A stretch of DNA of 64,000 nucleotides, taken from the NCBI GenBank assembly GCA_963639245.1, contig CAVHVI010000001.1, positions 7,145-71,144 on the forward strand. Direction: 5' to 3'. Positions 8,595 through 19,538 of the stretch are shown here, piece by piece; the first letter of the stretch is position 1; each line of letters begins with the position of its first letter. A program made the position numbers and the translations under genes. The notes under the pieces were generated by a model. That model made no database searches and was not told where the DNA came from. It saw only the letters and a list, made by a program, of their open reading frames with translations. This DNA comes from Bacteroidaceae bacterium. GTDB taxonomy: Bacteria; Pseudomonadota; Gammaproteobacteria; Enterobacterales; Succinivibrionaceae.

Positions 8595-9584
8595 TTATTT
8601 GGTTGACTTCAATCCCGGAGGAGGCCAATTGGCAACTCTCATTCCGAGAGAAAGACCTCTCTGAGCCAAGACATCCTTAATTTCAGTTAAGGACTTCTTG
8701 CCCAAATTAGGGGTCTTTAGCAACTCAACCTCGGTACGCTGTACCAAATCACCAATATAAATGATGGACTCAGCCTTGAGGCAGTTGGCGCTACGAACAG
8801 TAAGTTCCAAATCATCAACACTCTGCATAAGCAAAGGATCGGGAAGAGGAGGTGCTGAGGGAGCGATTGACTGCTCAGCAACTTCATCCTGATTTACGAT
8901 GTTGACGATGGTCTTCTTGATAAGATCAGCGCCCTGCATGATAGCTTCGTCAGGGGTCACGACACCGTTGGTCTCGATATCAATAACCAAACGATCTAAA
9001 TCGGTACGCTGTTCAACACGCGCAGCTTCAGTGCCGTAAACAAAACGGCGAACTGGCGTATAGCTTGCGTCGATGAGGATGTCCCCTTCTGCTGAAGGAG
9101 GAATATGCTCATCAGATGAAGCTAGAACATAGCCACAACCAGAGGTGATGCGTACTTTAATCTTTACCGAAGCCTTTTCACCGACCAAGGTGCACACAAG
9201 TGCATCAGGATCAACAAATGAAACGCCCTCGGGGCACTTAAAGTCAGCAGCGGTAAGTTTACCTTCACCCTGCTTTTCAGCCTCACACCATTGAGGAGTT
9301 AATACTTGAGTATCACATTTAACTGCAAGATCCTTGCAGTTCATGATAACTTCAAACATTGACTCGGCAACGTCTGAGATAGAGCCATTCACGTCCTTTA
9401 CACCCTCGACACGTACGGCATCAACCGCATTGCCAGGGAAGGTCTTGAGTAAGACTCCGCTGAGAGCAGTGCCTAAGGTGTGACCGAAACCGCGTTCTAA
9501 AGGCTCAAGTACAACATGAGCCTTATTTAATCCGATCTCGGTGAAATCCACTGGCTTAGGTTTCAGCAGTTCACAAACAGACAC
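8595..9584 (-). CDS. rpoA: RNA polymerase alpha subunit, paralogue at the canonical position (rpsD-rpoA-rplQ)
   Basis: [27 protein letters not shown] and a full alpha-CTD. GTG start. Confidence 0.95.
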   Translation of the reverse strand: MSVCELLKPKPVDFTEIGLNKAHVVLEPLERGFGHTLGTALSGVLLKTFPGNAVDAVRVEGVKDVNGSISDVAESMFEVIMNCKDLAVKCDTQVLTPQWCEAEKQGEGKLTAADFKCPEGVSFVDPDALVCTLVGEKASVKIKVRITSGCGYVLASSDEHIPPSAEGDILIDASYTPVRRFVYGTEAARVEQRTDLDRLVIDIETNGVVTPDEAIMQGADLIKKTIVNIVNQDEVAEQSIAPSAPPLPDPLLMQSVDDLELTVRSANCLKAESIIYIGDLVQRTEVELLKTPNLGKKSLTEIKDVLAQRGLSLGMRVANWPPPGLKSTK

Positions 9585-9629
9585 TAGATTTACCCCACAT
9601 TAAGTATAGGTGTTGGCACAGAGCCGTTA

Positions 9630-10259
9630 TTACTTCGAGTACAACTCGACGATGAGTGCTTCCTTGATGTCAGCAGGGAGCTCAGCACGCTCAGGCTTGC
9701 TCTTATAAGTACCCTTTAAGTTATCCTGATCAACTTCGATCCAGGTAGGCTTAAGAGCACGCTGACCAGCTAAGTCAAGAGCAGACTTAATACGGCTCTG
9801 CTTCTTAGCTTTTTCGCGAACTGCGATCACATCGTTAGGCTTAACTTCGTATGAAGGAATGTTTACAACGCGGTCGTTTACAGTGATAGCCTTGTGGGAT
9901 ACCAACTGACGGGCTTCCATACGGGTAGAGCCAAAACCCATGCGGTAAACAACGTTATCCAAGCGACCTTCGAGAAGCTGAAGTAGGTTCTCACCGGTGT
10001 TGCCAGGAAGACGGGTTGCCTTCTTATAATAATTGCGGAACTGACGCTCGAGCACGCCGTAAATACGACGAACCTTCTGCTTCTCGCGTAACTGAACGCC
10101 GTAGTCAGAAAGGCGGGGCTTATTAGCACCATGCTGGCCGGGAACAACAGTCAAGCGATCCTTGCACTTTGATTCAATTGCACGGACACCAGACTTTAGG
10201 AATAAGTCAACACCCTCGCGGCGGCTTAATTTCAGGGCAGGACCTGTATATTTTGCCAT
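9630..10259 (-). CDS. rpsD: 30S ribosomal protein S4
   Basis: [30 protein letters not shown]. Confidence 0.98.
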   Translation of the reverse strand: MAKYTGPALKLSRREGVDLFLKSGVRAIESKCKDRLTVVPGQHGANKPRLSDYGVQLREKQKVRRIYGVLERQFRNYYKKATRLPGNTGENLLQLLEGRLDNVVYRMGFGSTRMEARQLVSHKAITVNDRVVNIPSYEVKPNDVIAVREKAKKQSRIKSALDLAGQRALKPTWIEVDQDNLKGTYKSKPERAELPADIKEALIVELYSK

Positions 10260-10287
10260 TTATCTTTCTCCAGAAACTTGCTGTAGG

Positions 10288-10734
10288 TTAAACACGGCGC
10301 TTTTTAGGCGGACGGCAACCGTTGTGAGGGATGGGGGTCACATCGGTGATGTTGGTGATCTTATAACCCAATGCATTCAAAGCACGGATTGAAGACTCAC
10401 GACCAGGACCAGGGCCCTTCACTAAGACTTCAAGGTTCTTAACACCGTAATCCTTGGCAGCCTCACCAGCACGCTCTGCTGCAACCTGAGCTGCATAAGG
10501 AGTGGACTTACGTGAGCCACGGAAGCCTGAACCACCAGCGGTAGCCCATGAAAGGACGTTACCCTGACGATCAGAAATTGATACGATGGTGTTGTTGAAA
10601 GATGCGTGGATGTGAGCTACACCGTCAGCAATCTGTTTTTTGGAACGCTTTCCGCGACGAACTGCAGGAGCAGCTGCAGCAGCGGGAGCGGCGGCGGGTG
10701 CCTGAGCGGCAGTCTCTTTAATTTCTTCAGCCAT
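10288..10734 (-). CDS. rpsK: 30S ribosomal protein S11 with an Ala/Pro-rich N-terminal extension
   Basis: [30 protein letters not shown]. Confidence 0.98.
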   Translation of the reverse strand: MAEEIKETAAQAPAAAPAAAAAPAVRRGKRSKKQIADGVAHIHASFNNTIVSISDRQGNVLSWATAGGSGFRGSRKSTPYAAQVAAERAGEAAKDYGVKNLEVLVKGPGPGRESSIRALNALGYKITNITDVTPIPHNGCRPPKKRRV

Positions 10735-10745
10735 CTCGCTATCTC

Positions 10746-11102
10746 CTACTTCTTAACGCTCTTGCGCGGGCCCTTACGGGTACGTGCATTGGTCTTAGTA
10801 CGCTGGCCGCGAACAGGTAAGCCGCGACGATGACGTAAACCACGATAAGCACCAAGGTCAACAAGACGCTTAATGTTCATGGTGATTTCACGACGTAAAT
10901 CGCCTTCAACAGTGTACTTGCCGACTTCTGCGCGGATCTTATCTAAGGAAGCTTCATCCAAATCCTTGAATTTGGAAGTAGGTTCAATACCGGTGGCAGC
11001 GAGAATATCGCTTGCACGGGTAGGGCCGATGCCGAAAATCGACTGCAAAGCAATCACGGCGATCTTATTATCAGGCACATTAATGCCAGCTATACGGGCC
11101 AC
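10746..11102 (-). CDS. rpsM: 30S ribosomal protein S13
   Basis: [32 protein letters not shown] start. Confidence 0.98.
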   Translation of the reverse strand: MARIAGINVPDNKIAVIALQSIFGIGPTRASDILAATGIEPTSKFKDLDEASLDKIRAEVGKYTVEGDLRREITMNIKRLVDLGAYRGLRHRRGLPVRGQRTKTNARTRKGPRKSVKK

Positions 11103-11175
11103 TATCGATCTCCTAAAAGAAGGTAATTAAAAACACAGCTGTCGCAAAGCCCGTTGAGGATACACGACAGCCACT
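11090..11175 (-). promoter_or_regulatory. Alpha-operon S4-binding leader (pseudoknot)
   Basis: Outer helix GCTGTCG/CGACAGC encloses GTATCCT..AACGGGCTTT, whose GGGC can pair with GCCC in the GTGGCCCGT start of rpsM, as in the E. coli alpha leader. Confidence 0.7.
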
Positions 11176-11240
11176 ATAGTGCCTATTTGGCAATGTCAGA
11201 AAAGGCACCAGACTCTTACGTCCAGTGCCGTAACCATATA

Positions 11241-11269
11241 ATTATAACCGAGTTGATTTAATTGATCAA
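11241..11269 (-). promoter_or_regulatory. Candidate sigma70 promoter for the alpha operon
   Basis: TTGATC-17 nt-TATAAT on the minus strand. Confidence 0.55.
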
Positions 11270-11285
11270 CTCAATTTATTAAGCA

Positions 11286-11399
11286 TTAGCCCTGACGCTG
11301 CTTATGCTTAGGGTTTAAACAGATAATGCGGACCACACCGTGGCGACGAACAACTTTGCAGTTGCGGCACATCTTCTTAACGGAAGCACCAACTTTCAT
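11286..11399 (-). CDS. rpmJ: 50S ribosomal protein L36, zinc-binding form (missing from the ORF track)
   Basis: Hand translation [44 protein letters not shown]. Confidence 0.97.
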   Translation of the reverse strand: MKVGASVKKMCRNCKVVRRHGVVRIICLNPKHKQRQG

Positions 11400-11423
11400 C
11401 TTGTTTCTCCAAAAGTTTTAACT

Positions 11424-12776
11424 CTAACGACCGTAATTTCTCAGGTTTGCTTTTTTCATTATATCGCCATACTGCTGGTTCATCATATGAGACTGCAGCT
11501 GTGCAACGAAATCCATCGTTACGACGACGATAATCAGAAGTGAAGTACCACCGAAATAGAACTGGACGTTGAACCAATTCATAAGTAACTGAGGTACCAA
11601 GCACACCAATACCATGTACAAGGAGCCTGAGAGTGTAAGTCTGGTCATGACTTTATCGATAAATCTTGCAGTCTGCTCACCAGGACGAATGCCAGGAATA
11701 AATGCGCCACTCTTCTTAAGATTCTCAGATACTTCTCTTGGATTGAATACCAAGGCAGTATAGAAGAAGGTGAAGAAGATAATTGCAGCAGCATAAAGCA
11801 GCTCATACAGAGGCTGACCGGGCTGAATGAATAAGGAAATCTCACTCAACACGTTGGCCACAGGATTATCACCCTGACCAAACCATGAGACCACAGTGCC
11901 TGGGAATAGGATGATCGATGATGCAAAAATTGCAGGGATCACACCAGACATATTGATCTTCAACGGCAAATTAGAGCGCGGCTGTGAATAAATGCGATTA
12001 CCCATCTGACGCTTGGCGTATTCAATTACTATTCTACGCTGTCCACGTTCGACGAATACCACAAAGAAGGTCACCAGGACCACCACGACGCCAATTATCA
12101 ACAAGGCAATAGTGGAGAGATCGCCCTGACGGGATTGCTCGAAGGTACGACCAAGAGCACTTGGTAGACCTGCAACAATACCGGCAAAGATGATTAATGA
12201 AATACCGTTACCGATACCTCTTTCAGTGATCTGCTCACCAAGCCACATAAGTAGCATTGTGCCAGTTACTAGAGACATGGTAGTTACAAAGTAAAAACCA
12301 AGTCCAGGATTATCCACAAGCCCTGGAACCATGTTAGGGATACCAGTGGCAATACCCATACCCTGCAATGCTGCGAGGAATAAGGTGGAAATACGGGTGT
12401 ATTGAGTGATCTTACGACGACCTGACTCACCTTCTTTACGAAGCTCAGCTAGGTTTTTGTTAATCACTGCTAGCAACTGAATGATAATTGCAGCCGAAAT
12501 GTAAGGCATGATACCTAATGCTAAGACGGAAGCTCTTGATAGAGCACCGCCTGAGAACATATTGAACATGCCTAAGATGGTTCCGCTCTGTTCATCGAAA
12601 ACGCGCTGCAGAACGTCGGCATTAACACCGGGAACTGGTACGAAAGAACCTAGTCTAAAGAGCACCAGACCGATGATCACAAAGAACAAGCGCTGACGGA
12701 TCTCTCCTTTACCGGAGTTCTTTTCAGCCTTGTCCATTGCTTCGCGGCTTCTGTCAAAAAGCGATTTTCTAGCCAT
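11424..12776 (-). CDS. secY: Preprotein translocase subunit SecY
   Basis: [41 protein letters not shown]. Confidence 0.98.
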   Translation of the reverse strand: MARKSLFDRSREAMDKAEKNSGKGEIRQRLFFVIIGLVLFRLGSFVPVPGVNADVLQRVFDEQSGTILGMFNMFSGGALSRASVLALGIMPYISAAIIIQLLAVINKNLAELRKEGESGRRKITQYTRISTLFLAALQGMGIATGIPNMVPGLVDNPGLGFYFVTTMSLVTGTMLLMWLGEQITERGIGNGISLIIFAGIVAGLPSALGRTFEQSRQGDLSTIALLIIGVVVVLVTFFVVFVERGQRRIVIEYAKRQMGNRIYSQPRSNLPLKINMSGVIPAIFASSIILFPGTVVSWFGQGDNPVANVLSEISLFIQPGQPLYELLYAAAIIFFTFFYTALVFNPREVSENLKKSGAFIPGIRPGEQTARFIDKVMTRLTLSGSLYMVLVCLVPQLLMNWFNVQFYFGGTSLLIIVVVTMDFVAQLQSHMMNQQYGDIMKKANLRNYGR

Positions 12777-12816
12777 GAGAACCTCTTTACACAGGCGCCT
12801 CTAAGGCGCCCTTTAA

Positions 12817-13401
12817 TTACTTAGCAGGCTTCTCGGTACGGACCTTCTTGGCAGGCTTCTGAATACCTGTTGCAAGGACCTTATCGATACGAGCCTTTGA
12901 CTTAGCGGCAGTACGCTTCTTAGAAGCATTCAAGCGCTCAGTAGCAGCAGTAACGTACTCAGCGACCTCAACGGTGCCACCAGCAGCCTCAATAGCAGCC
13001 TTAGCAGCCTTGGTAACGCCTAAGCCCTTAAGAGTTACTTTCTTGGAGAACTCAGGAATACGTGAAAGAACAACCTTCACATACTTGATCTTCTTAGTAA
13101 CCAAACGAGCCTGCTGCAATGCAGCCAAATCGATCACTTCTGCGTCGATACGGTTTAGGTCATTTAAGGAAATAGAGGCAGTCTCAGTTGCCTTCTTTGA
13201 CCAGAAACCGAACTTAGGCAGACGGATCTTCATAGGCATCTGACCGCCTTCGAAACCAGGACGCTTGTGAGCGGACTTACGTGCGCCAGCACCCTTAACA
13301 CCGCGACCGCAGGTCTTGCCAAGGCCAGAGCCAATACCACGACCGACGCGTACGTGCTTACGGTGAGAACCTTCAGCAGGCTTTAACGAATCAAGACGCA
13401 T
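12817..13401 (-). CDS. rplO: 50S ribosomal protein L15 with a roughly 50-aa basic C-terminal extension
   Basis: RVGRGIGSGLGKT, GFEGGQMP, AIEAAGG. Confidence 0.96.
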   Translation of the reverse strand: MRLDSLKPAEGSHRKHVRVGRGIGSGLGKTCGRGVKGAGARKSAHKRPGFEGGQMPMKIRLPKFGFWSKKATETASISLNDLNRIDAEVIDLAALQQARLVTKKIKYVKVVLSRIPEFSKKVTLKGLGVTKAAKAAIEAAGGTVEVAEYVTAATERLNASKKRTAAKSKARIDKVLATGIQKPAKKVRTEKPAK

Positions 13402-13404
13402 TTA

Positions 13405-13590
13405 TTACTCCTCGACCTTAACCATGTAGCTAACTTTATTGATCATGCCGCGAACAGAAGGAGTGTCCTCGAGTTCAACGGTATGATTGATGCGACGCAA
13501 ACCTAAACCACGCATGGTCTCAATGTGCTTGGGCAAACGACCGATGGTGCTCTTGGTCTGAGTGACTTTGATGGTTTTCTTCTCAGCCAT
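13405..13590 (-). CDS. rpmD: 50S ribosomal protein L30
   Basis: [23 protein letters not shown]. Confidence 0.97.
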   Translation of the reverse strand: MAEKKTIKVTQTKSTIGRLPKHIETMRGLGLRRINHTVELEDTPSVRGMINKVSYMVKVEE

Positions 13591-13593
13591 TTT

Positions 13594-14100
13594 TTACTCC
13601 AGGATCTCTTTAACGGACAAACCGCGCTTAGCAGCAACAGTTTCCGGAGTACGCATAGAGGCAAGAGCTGCAACGGTAGCACGAACCACGTTGATAGGGT
13701 TAGTGGAACCATAAGCCTTAGCCAAAACGTTACGGACACCAGCAACTTCCAAAACAGCACGCATAGCGCCGCCAGCAATAATACCGGTACCTTCTGAAGC
13801 AGGCTGCATGTAAACCATAGAGCCAGAGTGCTCACCCTTAACAGCGTGGAACAAAGTGCCGTTGTTCAAGGTGATGTTGTTATTAACGTTGCGGCGTGCC
13901 TGCTCGATTGCCTTCTGGATAGCAGCAGGAACTTCACCTGCCTTGCCATAGCCAAAGCCAACCTTACCATTGCCGTCACCAACTACAGTCAAAGCGGTGA
14001 ATGAGAAGATACGACCACCCTTCACTACCTTGGCTACGCGGTTAACAGCAACCAACTTTTCCTGCAGCTCGCCTGCCTGGGATTCTTCTTTGTGTTGCAT
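13594..14100 (-). CDS. rpsE: 30S ribosomal protein S5
   Basis: [20 protein letters not shown]. Confidence 0.98.
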   Translation of the reverse strand: MQHKEESQAGELQEKLVAVNRVAKVVKGGRIFSFTALTVVGDGNGKVGFGYGKAGEVPAAIQKAIEQARRNVNNNITLNNGTLFHAVKGEHSGSMVYMQPASEGTGIIAGGAMRAVLEVAGVRNVLAKAYGSTNPINVVRATVAALASMRTPETVAAKRGLSVKEILE

Positions 14101-14113
14101 TTAATGCACTCCC

Positions 14114-14467
14114 TTAGAACTTGAGGCCGGCTTCGCGGGCTGCATCAGCTAAAGCTGCGACACGGCCGTGATACTGATAACCGGATCTATCAAAAGCGAC
14201 GGTCTCGACCTTAGCAGCCAAAGCGCGCTCACCAACAGCCTTGCCGATAACCTTAGCAGCTTCGACATTGCCAGTGTACTTAAGATCCTTCACAAGCTCT
14301 TTCTCAAGAGTGCTTGCGGTGGCTAAAACGCGATTATCAGCGGAGATAATCTGAGCGTAAATATGACGTGGAGTACGGGTGACAACCAAACGGGTAACAC
14401 CTAACTCGTGCATCTTGGCGCGGGACTTGCCGGAACGGCGTAAACGAGCCTGTTTTTTCTCGAACAT
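14114..14467 (-). CDS. rplR: 50S ribosomal protein L18
   Basis: [19 protein letters not shown]. Confidence 0.98.
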   Translation of the reverse strand: MFEKKQARLRRSGKSRAKMHELGVTRLVVTRTPRHIYAQIISADNRVLATASTLEKELVKDLKYTGNVEAAKVIGKAVGERALAAKVETVAFDRSGYQYHGRVAALADAAREAGLKF

Positions 14468-14482
14468 GTTTAACCCACCCTA

Positions 14483-15016
14483 TTATTTCTTCTTAGCTTC
14501 TTTGAGATGAATCACTTCGTCAGCATAACGAATGCCCTTGCCCTTGTAAGGCTCGGGGTGACGGATCTCGCGGAGGTTAGCAGCAACCTGACCTAAAACA
14601 GCCTTGTCATAACCCTTGAGGATAATGTCAGTCTGTGAAGGGGTCTCAGCGGTAACGCCTTCAGGAAGCTCATAGTTGACCTGATGGGAGTAGCCCACGA
14701 CTAAGTTAAGGATATTGCCCTTAGCTTGAGCACGGTAACCAACGCCGACAAGCTTCAATGCACGCTCAAAGCCTTTGTCTAAGCCAGTAACATAGTTCAT
14801 AAGAATGGCACGGGTGGTACCAGACTGCATGTTAGCTTCCTTAGAATCATTGGCAACAGCTACCTTGATAGCATTGTCTTCAACGGTAACGTTAACGCAA
14901 GGCTGAGCATTGAAAACAAGCTCACCCTTCTTTGACTTAACGGTTACCTTCTGGCCGTCGATAGCAACTTCGACGCCCTGGGGAATAGGAATAATTTCCT
15001 TAGCAATACGAGACAT
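14483..15016 (-). CDS. rplF: 50S ribosomal protein L6
   Basis: GVGYRA, PEPYKGKGIRY. Confidence 0.98.
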   Translation of the reverse strand: MSRIAKEIIPIPQGVEVAIDGQKVTVKSKKGELVFNAQPCVNVTVEDNAIKVAVANDSKEANMQSGTTRAILMNYVTGLDKGFERALKLVGVGYRAQAKGNILNLVVGYSHQVNYELPEGVTAETPSQTDIILKGYDKAVLGQVAANLREIRHPEPYKGKGIRYADEVIHLKEAKKK

Positions 15017-15026
15017 GTGTCCTCCC

Positions 15027-15416
15027 TTATGCGACGTAGCAGATAACTTCGCCGCCTAAGCCGTCCTTACGGGCAGCGCGGTCAGTCATAATGCCTTTGG
15101 AAGTGGAAATCACAGCGATACCCAAACCGTTCATAATACGGGGAAGATCGCGGCACTTCTTGTAAATACGGAGGCCAGGACGTGAAACTCTCTGAATGAG
15201 TTCAACTACAGGCTTGCCCTCGTAGTACTTAAGAGTGATTTCGAGAACCTTCTTGACATCACCGACTTCCTGAACGGAGGCAATGTAGCCTTCTTTCACG
15301 AGCAAATCAGCAATAGCGAGCTTCTGCTTAGAAGAAGGGACGGTGACTGCAACTTTGCCAGCAGCCTGGCCGTTACGAATGCGGGTTAACAAATCCGCAA
15401 TAGGATCTTGCATCAT
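15027..15416 (-). CDS. rpsH: 30S ribosomal protein S8
   Basis: [25 protein letters not shown]. Confidence 0.98.
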   Translation of the reverse strand: MMQDPIADLLTRIRNGQAAGKVAVTVPSSKQKLAIADLLVKEGYIASVQEVGDVKKVLEITLKYYEGKPVVELIQRVSRPGLRIYKKCRDLPRIMNGLGIAVISTSKGIMTDRAARKDGLGGEVICYVA

Positions 15417-15430
15417 GTGTGTATTCCTCT

Positions 15431-15736
15431 TTACCAGCTTGCCTTGTGCAGACCAGGGATTTCGCCACGCATCATGTGCTCACGGAGCTTGATACGGGAG
15501 AGACCGAACTTACGCAGATAGCCGTGGGGACGACCAGTCTCAGAGCAGCGATTACGCTGACGTGAAGGGCTGGAATCACGGGGCAACTTAGCAAGTGCCA
15601 TTACAGCTGCGAAACGCTCTTCTTCAGAAGAAGACACATTAGAAATAATTTTTTTGAGCTCTGAACGCTTTGCACGATACTTATCGGCAAGAGCTTTTCT
15701 CTTCAGATCTCTGTTTATCATTGAGGTCTTAGCCAT
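15431..15736 (-). CDS. rpsN: 30S ribosomal protein S14 (long, zinc-independent type)
   Basis: [25 protein letters not shown]. Confidence 0.98.
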   Translation of the reverse strand: MAKTSMINRDLKRKALADKYRAKRSELKKIISNVSSSEEERFAAVMALAKLPRDSSPSRQRNRCSETGRPHGYLRKFGLSRIKLREHMMRGEIPGLHKASW

Positions 15737-15755
15737 AGGTCCTTAAATCCTCGAA

Positions 15756-16307
15756 TTATTTGCCGGCCTGAGTACGGAACGGGAAGTCAAAAGCCTGCAA
15801 TAGTGCTCTGCCTTCTTCGTCGGTCTTGGCGGTGGTGGTGATGGTAATGTCTAGACCACGCACTGCGTCTACCTTGTCGTAATCGATCTCAGGGAAAATG
15901 ATCTGCTCACGTACGCCCATGGAGTAGTTGCCACGTCCGTCAAAGGACTTTGCAGACAAACCACGAAAATCGCGGATACGTGGAATAGCGATCACAATTA
16001 AGCGCTCGAGGAACTCCCACATACGCTCACCGCGTAGGGTAACCTTACAGCCGATTGGATAGCCTTCACGAATTTGGAAGCCCGCTACAGACTTGCGAAC
16101 CTTGGTGATGAGAGGCTTCTGGCCGGAGATAGCGGCCATATCACGTGCTGCATTCTCAAGAATCTTCTTGTCAGTACGTGCTTCACCAACACCCATATTA
16201 AGGGTGATCTTCACAATCCGAGGGACTTGCATGACTGTCTTGTAACCAAATTTTTCAGTTAAGGCTTTGATTACTTCCTGCTTGTATATATCATGCAGTT
16301 TCGCCAT
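15756..16307 (-). CDS. rplE: 50S ribosomal protein L5
   Basis: [24 protein letters not shown]. Confidence 0.98.
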   Translation of the reverse strand: MAKLHDIYKQEVIKALTEKFGYKTVMQVPRIVKITLNMGVGEARTDKKILENAARDMAAISGQKPLITKVRKSVAGFQIREGYPIGCKVTLRGERMWEFLERLIVIAIPRIRDFRGLSAKSFDGRGNYSMGVREQIIFPEIDYDKVDAVRGLDITITTTAKTDEEGRALLQAFDFPFRTQAGK

Positions 16308-16330
16308 CGTTATTCTCCTTTAATTAAACC

Positions 16331-16660
16331 TTACTTGGCGGAAGAGGTAATGACATTGCCGTTGGACTTGAAGAAACGGACTTTCTTGCCGTCTTCAATG
16401 CGGAAGCCAACGCGGTCAGCCTTCTTAGTATCAGGGTTGTAGATTGCAACATTGGAAACATCCAAAGGAGCTTCCTTGTCAACAATGCCACCTTCCTGGC
16501 CAATGTTAGGGTTAGCTTTCTGGTGCTTCTTGTGGACGTTGATGCCCTCAACCAGCACTTTGTGCTCCTGGGTCAAAACTTGGGTGACTTTACCGGTCTT
16601 GCCCTTGTCTTTACCAGTAATGACGATAACTTCGTCATTGGTGCGAATTTTCGCTGCCAT
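16331..16660 (-). CDS. rplX: 50S ribosomal protein L24
   Basis: [14 protein letters not shown] motif, EAPLDVSNV. Confidence 0.98.
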   Translation of the reverse strand: MAAKIRTNDEVIVITGKDKGKTGKVTQVLTQEHKVLVEGINVHKKHQKANPNIGQEGGIVDKEAPLDVSNVAIYNPDTKKADRVGFRIEDGKKVRFFKSNGNVITSSAK

Positions 16661-16677
16661 TTTGCTAGTTCCCTCTA

Positions 16678-17046
16678 TTAGAGTACTTCAGGTGCCAATG
16701 ACACGATCTTCATGAACTGCTCGGTACGTAATTCACGAGTTACGGGTCCGAAGATACGGGTGCCAATAGGCTCATGCGATGCAGTCAATAAAACTGCAGC
16801 GTTGCTGTCAAAGCGAATGAGTGAGCCATCAGGACGGCGAACACCCTTCTTGGTGCGCACAACAACAGCATCAACAACATCGCCCTTCTTAACCTTGCCG
16901 CGTGGGATCGCATCTTTGACAGACACCTTAATGATGTCGCCAATGCCTGCGTAACGACGGTGAGAGCCACCTAAGACCTTCACACACATTACTGCACGTG
17001 CGCCCGAATTATCGGCAACGTCAAGCATGCTTTGCATCTGGATCAT
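16678..17046 (-). CDS. rplN: 50S ribosomal protein L14
   Basis: MIQ...[22 protein letters not shown]. Confidence 0.98.
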   Translation of the reverse strand: MIQMQSMLDVADNSGARAVMCVKVLGGSHRRYAGIGDIIKVSVKDAIPRGKVKKGDVVDAVVVRTKKGVRRPDGSLIRFDSNAAVLLTASHEPIGTRIFGPVTRELRTEQFMKIVSLAPEVL

Positions 17047-17108
17047 TTTCAAATGCTCCGGTTAAAAAGATAAAACAAACTTTTGACCAAATAGTCAAAA
17101 GGCGCTAA

Positions 17109-17137
17109 AGGATACCATATATATACAAAAACCGCAA
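17109..17137 (-). promoter_or_regulatory. Candidate spc operon promoter
   Basis: TTGCGG-17 nt-TATCCT with an extended TGn and a GC-rich discriminator. Overlaps the S10 terminator. Confidence 0.6.
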
Positions 17138-17156
17138 CGATATCGTTGCGGTTTTA
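17127..17156 (-). terminator. S10 operon intrinsic terminator
   Basis: Perfect palindrome AAAAACCGCAACGATATCGTTGCGGTTTTT. Confidence 0.8.
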
Positions 17157-17187
17157 TAAATTTTTTCCTAAATTCTAGGATTATGGA

Positions 17188-17460
17188 TTAGGCCTGAGCC
17201 TTCTCGATAACCTTAGAAAGTCTCCAAGCAATAGTCTTGGAAACGGGACGACCCTCGCAGATCTCTACAAGATCGCCGACTTTAGCAGCGTTCTCAGGAT
17301 CGGCTACGTGGAACTTGGTGGTGCGGGTCACAGTCTTTCCATAAACTGGATGCTGAACACGACGCTCAACAGCTACCACACAGGCCTTCTGCATCTTGTC
17401 GCTAACAACGCGTCCGCGGAGGGAGCGTGAAGCTTTGACAGTATTCTGTTCTTCAGACAT
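17188..17460 (-). CDS. rpsQ: 30S ribosomal protein S17
   Basis: [22 protein letters not shown]. Confidence 0.97.
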   Translation of the reverse strand: MSEEQNTVKASRSLRGRVVSDKMQKACVVAVERRVQHPVYGKTVTRTTKFHVADPENAAKVGDLVEICEGRPVSKTIAWRLSKVIEKAQA

Positions 17461-17472
17461 TTACTCTTCCTC

Positions 17473-17667
17473 TTACTTAGCGTTCTGCTTCTCAGCGAGA
17501 ATGGTCTTGACGCGTGCAATATCGCGACGTACTTTTCTGACGTTGTCAGTCTGCTGCAACTGGGCAGTCTTTAACTGGAAACGCAGATTGAACTGCTCGC
17601 GGTTAAGGTTGGCAAGCTCAGTCTTGAGCTCTTCAACTGACTTATTACGTAACTCGTTGCTCTGCAT
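17473..17667 (-). CDS. rpmC: 50S ribosomal protein L29
   Basis: [18 protein letters not shown]. Confidence 0.97.
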   Translation of the reverse strand: MQSNELRNKSVEELKTELANLNREQFNLRFQLKTAQLQQTDNVRKVRRDIARVKTILAEKQNAK

Positions 17668-18080
17668 TAGATCACCTGCTTACGAACGAAGGTGGTAGTT
17701 ACGGAAAGCTTTGCTGAAGCAAGGCGGAAAGCCTCACGAGCAACTTCCTCGGAAATACCGCCGATTTCAAAGAGAACACGGCCGGGCTGAATAGGAGCGA
17801 CCCAGTACTCAACGGTACCCTTGCCTTTACCCATACGAACGCCCAGAGCTTTCTGAGTGATCGGCTTATCAGGGAAGACGCGGATCCATACTTTACCAGC
17901 ACGCTTCATCTCACGGGTGAATGCACGACGGGCAGCTTCGATCTCACGAGAGGTGATCTGGCCACGAGAGGTAGCCTTCAAACCAAACTCGCCGAAGTCG
18001 ACCTTGGAGCCTGCATAGCACAAGCCCTCATTACGGCCCTTCTGAGTCTTACGATATTTAGTACGTTTCGGCTGTAACAT
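17667..18080 (-). CDS. rplP: 50S ribosomal protein L16
   Basis: [18 protein letters not shown]. Confidence 0.98.
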   Translation of the reverse strand: MLQPKRTKYRKTQKGRNEGLCYAGSKVDFGEFGLKATSRGQITSREIEAARRAFTREMKRAGKVWIRVFPDKPITQKALGVRMGKGKGTVEYWVAPIQPGRVLFEIGGISEEVAREAFRLASAKLSVTTTFVRKQVI

Positions 18081-18093
18081 TTACTTTCCTCCG

Positions 18094-18894
18094 TTACTCA
18101 GCCTTTTCATCGGCTGAAGCGGCATCAGCCTTCTTGGCAGCAGACTTGTCTGCGCCACGGCGGCCGCGGCCGTTACGGGCCTGATTGTCATCGCGACGGT
18201 GACGACGTCCGGCAGGAGCGACGGTACCATTGCGATCATCAGTCTCTTCCTGAGCTAAGGGAAGCTCACCAAGGATTTCACCCTTGAAGATCCAGACCTT
18301 AATGCCGATAACACCATAGGTGGTAACAGCCTCAGATACTGCGTAGTCGATGTCGGCACGCAAGGTGTGCAAAGGTACGCGACCTTCACGTAACCACTCG
18401 GTACGAGCGATTTCAGCACCACCCAAACGGCCAGAGCACTCAATCTTAATGCCCTTAGCACCACCGCGCATAGCGTTCTGGATTGCCTTCTTCATAGCAC
18501 GGCGGAACATTACGCGACGCTCGAGCTGTGAAGCGATGCTGTCAGCAACAATCTTAGCATCGAGATCAGGCTTACGGATCTCGGAGATGTTGACCTGAGC
18601 AGGAACACCAGCAATCTTGGAGATCTGCTTACGAAGCTTCTCAACGTCTTCGCCCTTACGGCCGATGACGATACCAGGACGTGCGGTGCAGATGGTCACA
18701 CGAACGCTCTTTGCAGGACGATCGATGACGATCTTAGATACGGAAGCATTCTTAAGCTCAGCGGTTAAGAACTTACGGATCTCGTTATCGCTCTTAACAT
18801 TAGCAGGGAATACCTTGCTGGATGCATACCAAGTAGAAACATAGTTCTTGGTGATGCCCAGACGAATTCCGTTAGGATTAATCTTCTGGCCCAT
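18094..18894 (-). CDS. rpsC: 30S ribosomal protein S3 with an extended C-terminal tail
   Basis: [27 protein letters not shown]. Confidence 0.98.
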   Translation of the reverse strand: MGQKINPNGIRLGITKNYVSTWYASSKVFPANVKSDNEIRKFLTAELKNASVSKIVIDRPAKSVRVTICTARPGIVIGRKGEDVEKLRKQISKIAGVPAQVNISEIRKPDLDAKIVADSIASQLERRVMFRRAMKKAIQNAMRGGAKGIKIECSGRLGGAEIARTEWLREGRVPLHTLRADIDYAVSEAVTTYGVIGIKVWIFKGEILGELPLAQEETDDRNGTVAPAGRRHRRDDNQARNGRGRRGADKSAAKKADAASADEKAE

Positions 18895-18896
18895 AA

Positions 18897-19232
18897 TTAC
18901 TCCTGATCTGCAACGATAACGGTGATGTGAGAAGTACGCTTCACGATGCGATCAGCACGACCCTTAGCACGGGGCATGATGCGCTTTAATGAAGGGCCTT
19001 CGTCAACCATGATCTTGGAGATGACTAAAGAATCAACGTCCAAGCCATTGTTGCTCTCTGCGTTAGCAACTGCAGAGAGGACAACCTTGCGGATCAAAGC
19101 AGCAGCCTTACGGGGGCTGAACTGCAACAGATCAAGTGCCTTCTGAACAGGCAAGCCGCGAACCTGGTCAGCGACCAAGCGTGCCTTCTGAGCAGAAGAA
19201 CGAGCATACTTGTGAACTGCTTTAACTTCCAT
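18897..19232 (-). CDS. rplV: 50S ribosomal protein L22
   Basis: [24 protein letters not shown]. Confidence 0.98.
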   Translation of the reverse strand: MEVKAVHKYARSSAQKARLVADQVRGLPVQKALDLLQFSPRKAAALIRKVVLSAVANAESNNGLDVDSLVISKIMVDEGPSLKRIMPRAKGRADRIVKRTSHITVIVADQE

Positions 19233-19242
19233 GACTCAACTC

Positions 19243-19518
19243 CTATTTAGATGCCTTTGCATCGGCAGCGTGACCATGGAAAGTACGGGTCGGAGCAAAT
19301 TCACCGAGCTTGTGACCGATCATATCCTCGGTTACAAACACAGGAACGTGCTGACGACCGTTATGAACGGCAATAGTCATACCGATCATGGTCGGAATAA
19401 TGACGGAACGGCGGGACCAGGTCTTGATGGGCTTCTTATCGCCGGATTCCTGGCTCTGCAGAACCTTCTTCAGTAAGGACTCGTCAATGAAAGGTCCTTT
19501 CTTCAGAGAACGTGGCAT
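19243..19518 (-). CDS. rpsS: 30S ribosomal protein S19
   Basis: [21 protein letters not shown]. Confidence 0.98.
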   Translation of the reverse strand: MPRSLKKGPFIDESLLKKVLQSQESGDKKPIKTWSRRSVIIPTMIGMTIAVHNGRQHVPVFVTEDMIGHKLGEFAPTRTFHGHAADAKASK

Positions 19519-19538
19519 TTTAAATCCTCGCTATACGA

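Noticed and set aside
7113..9584. rpoA duplication as an assembly artefact or pseudogene
   Set aside because: The copies differ strongly in the NTD and at many synonymous sites. Both are full length with SD sites and intact CTDs.
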